20,026 nucleotides of DNA from Thermoplasmatota archaeon. GTDB taxonomy: Archaea; Thermoplasmatota; Penumbrarchaeia; Penumbrarchaeales; Penumbrarchaeaceae. Position 1 is the stretch's first letter, and the number at the start of each line of letters is the position of its first letter. The position numbers and the translations under genes were made by a program. Below are positions 14,593-20,026 of the stretch, in pieces. A model generated the notes under the pieces. The model saw only the letters and a list, made by a program, of their open reading frames with translations. It was not told where the DNA came from and did not search any database. The stretch is from NCBI GenBank assembly GCA_965234725.1, contig CBDDUX010000005.1, positions 1 through 20,026 of the forward strand, given 5' to 3'.

Positions 14593-16806
14593 ATGAGTGG
14601 CGTTGAACTCCCGGAAGGGATGCATCCCAGGGTCCAGGAAGCATTGGAACTATGGGGAATAGATTCCCTTTATCCACCCCAGAAGGATGCAATGGGTCCG
14701 ATCGCGAGGGGAGAGAACCTTGTAACGGCAGTTCCAACAGCCGCTGGAAAATCTCTGATAGCATATATTGCGATCCTCAACCAGGTTCTCAGGAAGGGAA
14801 AGGCCTTATATGTCGTTCCATTAAAAGCACTCGCCAGTGAAAAATATCGAGAACTTAGGGAGCTATCAAAACTTGGGATCCGTGTTGGACTATCTTATGG
14901 AGACTACGATGATGATGACCGTAGGCTCGAATCCTATGATGTTGTTGTGGCGACTTCGGAAAAAGCTGACTCCCTGCTCAGACACAGGTCCAAATGGTTG
15001 ATGGACCTGAAAGTGATAGTCTCCGATGAGGTCCATCTCCTAAATGATACTGGGAGGGGTCCAACCCTTGAAGTGATCCTCACCAGGTTCAAACAATTGA
15101 ATCCCAAAGCCCAGCTGATCTGTCTGTCCGCCACGATAGGTAACTCTGATGAGATCGCAGGTTGGCTTGGAGCTACCCTGATCTCCTCCGATTTCAGACC
15201 GGTGGACCTCAGGGAAGGTGTCCTTAGTGAGGGTGGTATCACATTTTCCGATATGTCCTTCAGGGAGATCGGGTCAAGGACCGGTAATCCCCTATTCGAT
15301 GGGATCTTAGATGGTTTGAAGGATGGGGAAGGACAGGTCCTGGTCTTTGTTAACACCCGGAGGTCTTGTGAAAGTTCCGCAGTTGAGATGGCCAAACTAC
15401 TCAGGGATCATCTTTCACCCAGAGATCTATCAGAACTGAACGAGACCTCGAATCTCCTTGGACGGTCCGACGCTGTGATGGCCAAGAGGTTGATCAGGTC
15501 TGTAAAAGGAGGGGCCGCATTCCATCATGCGGGTCTCTCCAATGAACATCGTGGAGTGATCGAGACCTCTTTCAGAGAGAGGAAGATCAAGGTCCTCTTT
15601 GCAACCCCCACGCTTGCTGCAGGTATCAATCTTCCAGCACGCAGGGTTATTGTAAGGGACTGGACCCGGTTCGAAGCCTGGAATCCAAGGGCGCCGATCC
15701 CCATTCTGGAGATCAAGCAGATGTTCGGAAGGGCCGGAAGGCCAAGGTATGATCCTAATGGTGAGGCTTTCATCCTTGCCCGAAAACCGGAGGAGCAGGA
15801 TGTTCTGATGGAACGGTATGTGTGGGGGAAGCCCGAGGAGGTGATCTCCAAACTTGGTTCCAGACCTGCACTTAGAACCCATCTTCTTTCATCGTTCGCA
15901 ACCAACTATGTCAGGGACCTTGACGAGATGTGGGAATTTATCAGGTCCACTTTCTATGCGTACCAGAATGACACATGGAAGATCTCAGGTGATGTGGAGG
16001 ACATTCTGGATTTTCTCAAGGAAGAGGGTTTCCTCGAGGAAATTGATGGAAAGATGTCGGCAACTGATTTTGGGAAGAGAGTGGCAAGGCTTTACATCGA
16101 CCCCCTTTCAGCAGTTGTCCTCAGGGATGCAGTGAAGGCTGACCCCAAGGAACTCACAACATTTTCCATCCTCCAGGCGATCTCTCTTACACCGGATATG
16201 AAACCACTCTTCGTCAGGGGAAAGGACCACGATCAGGTAACAGAGTTCATGTATTCCAGGGAGGAGCAGCTGCTTGCACCGATACCTGAAGAACAGGTGG
16301 ATTATGATTGGTACCTCAATTCAGTGAAAACGGCTATGTTCCTCATGGAATGGATAGGTGAGAACGAAGGCTCCATCGAAGCTTCCGAAGAAAGGATAGA
16401 ATCATTGTACAATCTTGGACCGGGAGACATCCATTCCAGAGTTGAGAATGCCGTTTGGATGCTCTATGCCATGAGGGAGCTTTCCAGATTGTTCGGTTCA
16501 GGTAAGGCGAAGATGATCGATAAAGTGTCATTGAGGGTGGAAAAAGGGATCAGAGAGGAGCTGATCCCGTTGATCGCCTTGAAGGGGATTGGACGTGTGA
16601 GGGCCAGGAGGTTGTTCTCATCAGGATTGAAGACGACAGACGATCTGAGAAAGGCCACAGTTGACAGAATCGCCTCCATTGCAGGGATCGGCAGACAGAT
16701 AGCCTTCAAAGTAAAGAATGAATTGAGCTCTGACGGTGAGATCATTGAGGAGGAGGATGACGGGTTGAACGGACCAAAACAATCCCTTCTCTTTGATTTC
16801 AACTGA
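14593..16806 (+). CDS. hel308: Ski2-like SF2 DNA helicase Hel308/Hjm
   Basis: LYPPQ, PTAAGKS, DEVH, LSAT, TPTLAAGINLP, QMFGRAGRP, HhH domain with GRVRAR, and C-terminal QSLLFDF. ATG 14593 lies just after the nop5 stop. Confidence 0.94.
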   Translation: MSGVELPEGMHPRVQEALELWGIDSLYPPQKDAMGPIARGENLVTAVPTAAGKSLIAYIAILNQVLRKGKALYVVPLKALASEKYRELRELSKLGIRVGLSYGDYDDDDRRLESYDVVVATSEKADSLLRHRSKWLMDLKVIVSDEVHLLNDTGRGPTLEVILTRFKQLNPKAQLICLSATIGNSDEIAGWLGATLISSDFRPVDLREGVLSEGGITFSDMSFREIGSRTGNPLFDGILDGLKDGEGQVLVFVNTRRSCESSAVEMAKLLRDHLSPRDLSELNETSNLLGRSDAVMAKRLIRSVKGGAAFHHAGLSNEHRGVIETSFRERKIKVLFATPTLAAGINLPARRVIVRDWTRFEAWNPRAPIPILEIKQMFGRAGRPRYDPNGEAFILARKPEEQDVLMERYVWGKPEEVISKLGSRPALRTHLLSSFATNYVRDLDEMWEFIRSTFYAYQNDTWKISGDVEDILDFLKEEGFLEEIDGKMSATDFGKRVARLYIDPLSAVVLRDAVKADPKELTTFSILQAISLTPDMKPLFVRGKDHDQVTEFMYSREEQLLAPIPEEQVDYDWYLNSVKTAMFLMEWIGENEGSIEASEERIESLYNLGPGDIHSRVENAVWMLYAMRELSRLFGSGKAKMIDKVSLRVEKGIREELIPLIALKGIGRVRARRLFSSGLKTTDDLRKATVDRIASIAGIGRQIAFKVKNELSSDGEIIEEEDDGLNGPKQSLLFDFN

Positions 16807-16835
16807 AGGGATAGCCTTTTTAGACTATTGCTTCC

Positions 16836-17882
16836 TTGCAGATAGCAATGGTCATCCAGGGTTTCACAAAGAAGGCCAAGGCCGCGATCCGGTTCTTTTC
16901 TCCAGTGATGGGCGTCATTCTCTTTGCATCGTTCTTGGCTTTATTTGCAACTCTTTCCGAGACCCAGGTTGAGGCTGCAGTTTTTACAGCGGAAGAGGAG
17001 TCCGGAACGGTTGGTAATGCTGGGGCCGGTTTGGGCAACACACTTCTATTCATCCTTCCGGCTGTACTTGGAAGCTTCGGGATCGTTTATATCGTAAGGA
17101 GCGGAAAGAGAAAGCTGCTGAAATATATCTTCAGAGGGGCTTTGACATTCACCACCGGGATAATCCTTGCATTCTTCCTTTTCAAATTGTCAGAGACCCT
17201 TTCCGAGCGAGCCTGGTATATACTCTGGATACCCCAGTTGAAAGCTCCGGTCCTGACAATTCCCTACGGTGATCTGGACCTCCTCGGTTTCCTCATATGC
17301 GGAATGTTCACCGGATATATTGTGACATCAATGATCTTTTCAAGGGGTTTCAGAAGGAAGGACCGAAATGGTTCTCTGATCGTAATTAGCTCTCTCATGG
17401 GGGCCTTCATGGCAGTGATACTTCCAACCTGGACCGTGGTATTCCTGCTGATCGCCCTCGCCTTATGGGATATCTATGCTGTGTTCAAGGGGCCCATCAA
17501 AGATATGGTCGAGATGGAGATGAACGGTCAGATCATGGTCAGATGGGACCCGCTTGGTGATAATTCCGACCAATTCCCCTTCGAGAACATGACCTATGAT
17601 GCTGGCAGCTGGCAGCTGGGGATAGGAGACCTTGTATTCTATTCCATGCTGGCAGCCCACGCTCTTTTCTATTCAACGTTATATGTTGCAGATAAAGGAT
17701 GGTGGATGCTTCCGTTCTTCTTTGTTCCAGTGGTGATCGCCATCCTGGTAGGTTTCTCCTATACGATATATCGACTCACCAGGGGAGATGGAGATTCCAT
17801 CCTTCCCGGTCTGCCGATACCCATGTTCTTGGGTGTTGGAGTGTTCGCCATCATGATGGCAATTGCACGATGGGCCATATGA
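16836..17882 (+). CDS. Presenilin-family intramembrane aspartyl protease (GxGD)
   Basis: Multi-TM protein with catalytic ALWDIYAVF and LGIGDLVFY, and a PAL-motif variant LPGLPIP. Start uncertain (16836-16888). Confidence 0.88.
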   Translation: MQIAMVIQGFTKKAKAAIRFFSPVMGVILFASFLALFATLSETQVEAAVFTAEEESGTVGNAGAGLGNTLLFILPAVLGSFGIVYIVRSGKRKLLKYIFRGALTFTTGIILAFFLFKLSETLSERAWYILWIPQLKAPVLTIPYGDLDLLGFLICGMFTGYIVTSMIFSRGFRRKDRNGSLIVISSLMGAFMAVILPTWTVVFLLIALALWDIYAVFKGPIKDMVEMEMNGQIMVRWDPLGDNSDQFPFENMTYDAGSWQLGIGDLVFYSMLAAHALFYSTLYVADKGWWMLPFFFVPVVIAILVGFSYTIYRLTRGDGDSILPGLPIPMFLGVGVFAIMMAIARWAI

Positions 17883-17908
17883 TCTAGACCTATATTCTTG
17901 CTGTAAGC

Positions 17909-18535
17909 TCATTCCTTCTTTTTCGAGGAGGGAAATCCAGCTAGGAGAGGTTCGCAGGTGTGAATTCTGTCAAGTGGCCATGAACCAGATAATGAGAGGA
18001 GTTCCTCTCCGGAAAGCACTCCAATACCAAGATCAACCATTCCATTCCTAAGTGAGGTTGTTAGATCCCCCCTCATAGATGAACCCGATATGTGCAATCC
18101 TCCTAAACTTAATCCCTCAATATATTCCTCGGAGATGTTCCTGTATCTTTCTTCGTATACAGCTGAAGGTTTATCAGGAATACTATCCCAAAATGGTCCA
18201 TGTGTGGATAGTAAGCTAAGGGTAGGTCTACCGAAAACACTTTTCCGGTCATAATAGCTGATCTTACCCTTGACTTCCAGTCCCAGATCGTTTCCGAATT
18301 CCTCCATATCGACGCTCCAAAGGAGGACCAAAGGGTCCCTTCCCTCGGAGGTCAACAGTTCAATGGCCGATCGTAACCCTCCTCTGTCAGTTAAAATTGG
18401 AGGCCCTGTTTCAAGGTCATCGGTAATCCTGGTACCAATATCCTGCAGTCTCGGATCGTCTGACAGTACGATTATTGATTCACGTCCGGTTCTTCTTTCC
18501 CTCATTTTATCCAGCGTTAGTTCTAACTCGATCAT
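17909..18535 (-). CDS. Divergent ATP-phosphoribosyltransferase (HisG short form)-like protein, possibly catalytically dead
   Basis: The C-half aligns by eye with HisG: EERYRNISEEYI ~ ATKYPNIAxxYF, RGDLTTSLRNGMVDLGI ~ GSVELAPxxGLADAIV, PLDRIHTCEPLL ~ VIEEIxxSxAVL. ATG 18535 follows GGAGG. Confidence 0.5.
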   Translation of the reverse strand: MIELELTLDKMRERRTGRESIIVLSDDPRLQDIGTRITDDLETGPPILTDRGGLRSAIELLTSEGRDPLVLLWSVDMEEFGNDLGLEVKGKISYYDRKSVFGRPTLSLLSTHGPFWDSIPDKPSAVYEERYRNISEEYIEGLSLGGLHISGSSMRGDLTTSLRNGMVDLGIGVLSGEELLSLSGSWPLDRIHTCEPLLAGFPSSKKKE

Positions 18536-18772
18536 CTCACATCCTCCACAAAAATACATGGATTTCGATGGAAATGACCGCCTTCCTCTAGCACTTACAC
18601 CTATGGAACATGCGCTTCATGCGCATATGGTGGTATATGCCGGGGATGGGGTCATGTGCTACCATCGTTTCAGCCAAATGACCGTTAGGACAGGATACTA
18701 TTTCAATCTAATCTACATAAATAGATCTTGAAGAGACCTTTCATATGACGTCCCATAGGTGAGGAATTGGGA

Positions 18773-19738
18773 TCATAGCAATCTTTCAGAAAGCTTCTCT
18801 ATCATATCCTTGGTCATGGAGGAGATGTTGTAGGATGGTTCCCATCCCCACTCCTTCCTTGCAGCTGTATCGTCGATGGACTGGGGCCATGAGTCAGCGA
18901 TCGCCTGTCTGAAATCAGGCTTATATGTGACACTCAATTCGGGAATATGCTTTCTGATCTCATCAGCAAGGTCCTTGACAGAAAATGACATGGATGCCAG
19001 GTTGAAATCACAATGATGTTCAAGTTTGTCCACAGGAGCCTCCGCAAGATCGATGATTCCCTTCAATGCATCAGGCATGTACATCATTGGAAGGACCGTA
19101 TCCTCTCTGACAAAGCATTCATATTTCTTGTGCTGGATGGCCTCATAATAGATCGCAACAGCGTAATCTGTAGTCCCCCCTCCAGGAAGGGTTTCAGATG
19201 AGATGATACCTGGGTATCTTACTCCTCTTACATCCACTCCGAACTTTCTGAAATAATAATCTCCAAGGAGTTCTCCCGCAACTTTTGTCACTCCGTACAT
19301 TGTCCTCGGCTTCAGGACCGTCTCCTGAGGAGTGTCAAATCTTGGTGTCTCGGGTCCGAATGCTGCGATAGAGGATGGGTTCATTATTCTGACCAATTCC
19401 TTTTCTCTTGCACATTCAAGTACATTATGGAATCCATCCATATTGACTTTCCAGGCAAGTAGTGGTTTCTGTTCTCCGACACCAGAAAGAATTGCGGCCA
19501 TGTTGTAAATGGTGTCGATATCATACTTGTCAACAGTTCCATAGAGTTGTTCCTTGTTTGTGATATTGCATACCTCAACAGGTCCTGAATCGACGATCCT
19601 CTGTGAGGGTGGTGTCCTGTTCGTTCCAGCTACGACGTTATCGTTCCCGTATTTCTCCCTGAGGACCATAACAAGTTCTGATCCTATCTGTCCTGCCGAA
19701 CCGGTAACCAGTATCCTTTTCATCGTTCTATCCGACAT
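18773..19738 (-). CDS. L-threonine 3-dehydrogenase (extended SDR, GalE-like)
   Basis: GSAGQIG, PSSIAAFG, YGVTK, and family-typical PGGGTTDYAV, LPMMYMPD, RQAIADSWP. ATG 19738 follows GGTGA. Confidence 0.88.
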   Translation of the reverse strand: MSDRTMKRILVTGSAGQIGSELVMVLREKYGNDNVVAGTNRTPPSQRIVDSGPVEVCNITNKEQLYGTVDKYDIDTIYNMAAILSGVGEQKPLLAWKVNMDGFHNVLECAREKELVRIMNPSSIAAFGPETPRFDTPQETVLKPRTMYGVTKVAGELLGDYYFRKFGVDVRGVRYPGIISSETLPGGGTTDYAVAIYYEAIQHKKYECFVREDTVLPMMYMPDALKGIIDLAEAPVDKLEHHCDFNLASMSFSVKDLADEIRKHIPELSVTYKPDFRQAIADSWPQSIDDTAARKEWGWEPSYNISSMTKDMIEKLSERLL

Positions 19739-19855
19739 TTTTCTCACCGCTTTACGGGGGTATCCAATGGACCGATTTCAAGATTTCGCAGGTAAAGCAA
19801 TTTGAAATGGGAAAAGGTTTTATTTGAATGGATATTGGGGGATTGCTAACATCCG

Positions 19856-19929
<74 letters not shown>

Positions 19930-19981
19930 CTTTCATTTAAGTTCAAGTCGCTTTTGTTAAGGATTTCATTAAAATATTTTT

Positions 19982-20026
19982 GTACCCCTTTAGGAAGATT
20001 GAAAGGGTTAAGAGAGCAAGTTTTAA
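19982..20026 (+). mobile_element. 45-bp terminal repeat, probable end of an IS/MITE (right copy)
   Basis: GTACCCCTTTAGGAAGATTGAAAGGGTTAAGAGAGCAAGTTTTAA is the exact reverse complement of 3-47. It begins 52 nt after tRNA-Val in an AT-rich tract. Confidence 0.6.

Noticed and set aside
372-19805. Numerous short alternative-frame and antisense ORFs in the track (e.g. 8907-9569+, 14934-15395-, 18270-18731+)
   Set aside because: They are shadows of well-supported genes with no recognisable motifs.
19930-19981. Repeat array downstream of tRNA-Val
   Set aside because: No direct or inverted copy of the tRNA-Val 3' end is visible before the terminal repeat, so the array design is not universal to tRNAs here.

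Overview
This is an archaeal chromosomal segment, most consistent with Thermoplasmatota. The evidence is archaeal-type tRNAs, Nop5, Hel308, a presenilin-like GxGD protease and BRE/TATA-type promoters. It has about 18 CDS: a secreted membrane-anchored subtilase, GlnRS, a class II aldolase, two regulator+ABC modules (TetR and PadR), an alpha/beta hydrolase, Nop5-Hel308-presenilin, a divergent HisG-like protein and an L-threonine dehydrogenase. It also has three tRNAs (Glu-CTC, Gln-CTG, Val-TAC). Four things stand out. (1) Downstream of both tRNA-Glu and tRNA-Gln lie tandem arrays. In each, an 18-bp copy of the tRNA 3' end is repeated, paired with an inverted copy of itself and interleaved with palindromic cassettes showing compensatory base changes. 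(2) A clearly bacterial-type glutaminyl-tRNA synthetase sits between archaeal tRNA-Gln and tRNA-Glu. (3) A perfect 45-bp inverted repeat occupies the two window ends, and the left copy truncates a phoU-like gene. (4) There is a stem-closed CU-rich sRNA candidate and a His-rich uORF ahead of the HisG-like gene. All calls come from reading the sequence; no searches were run.
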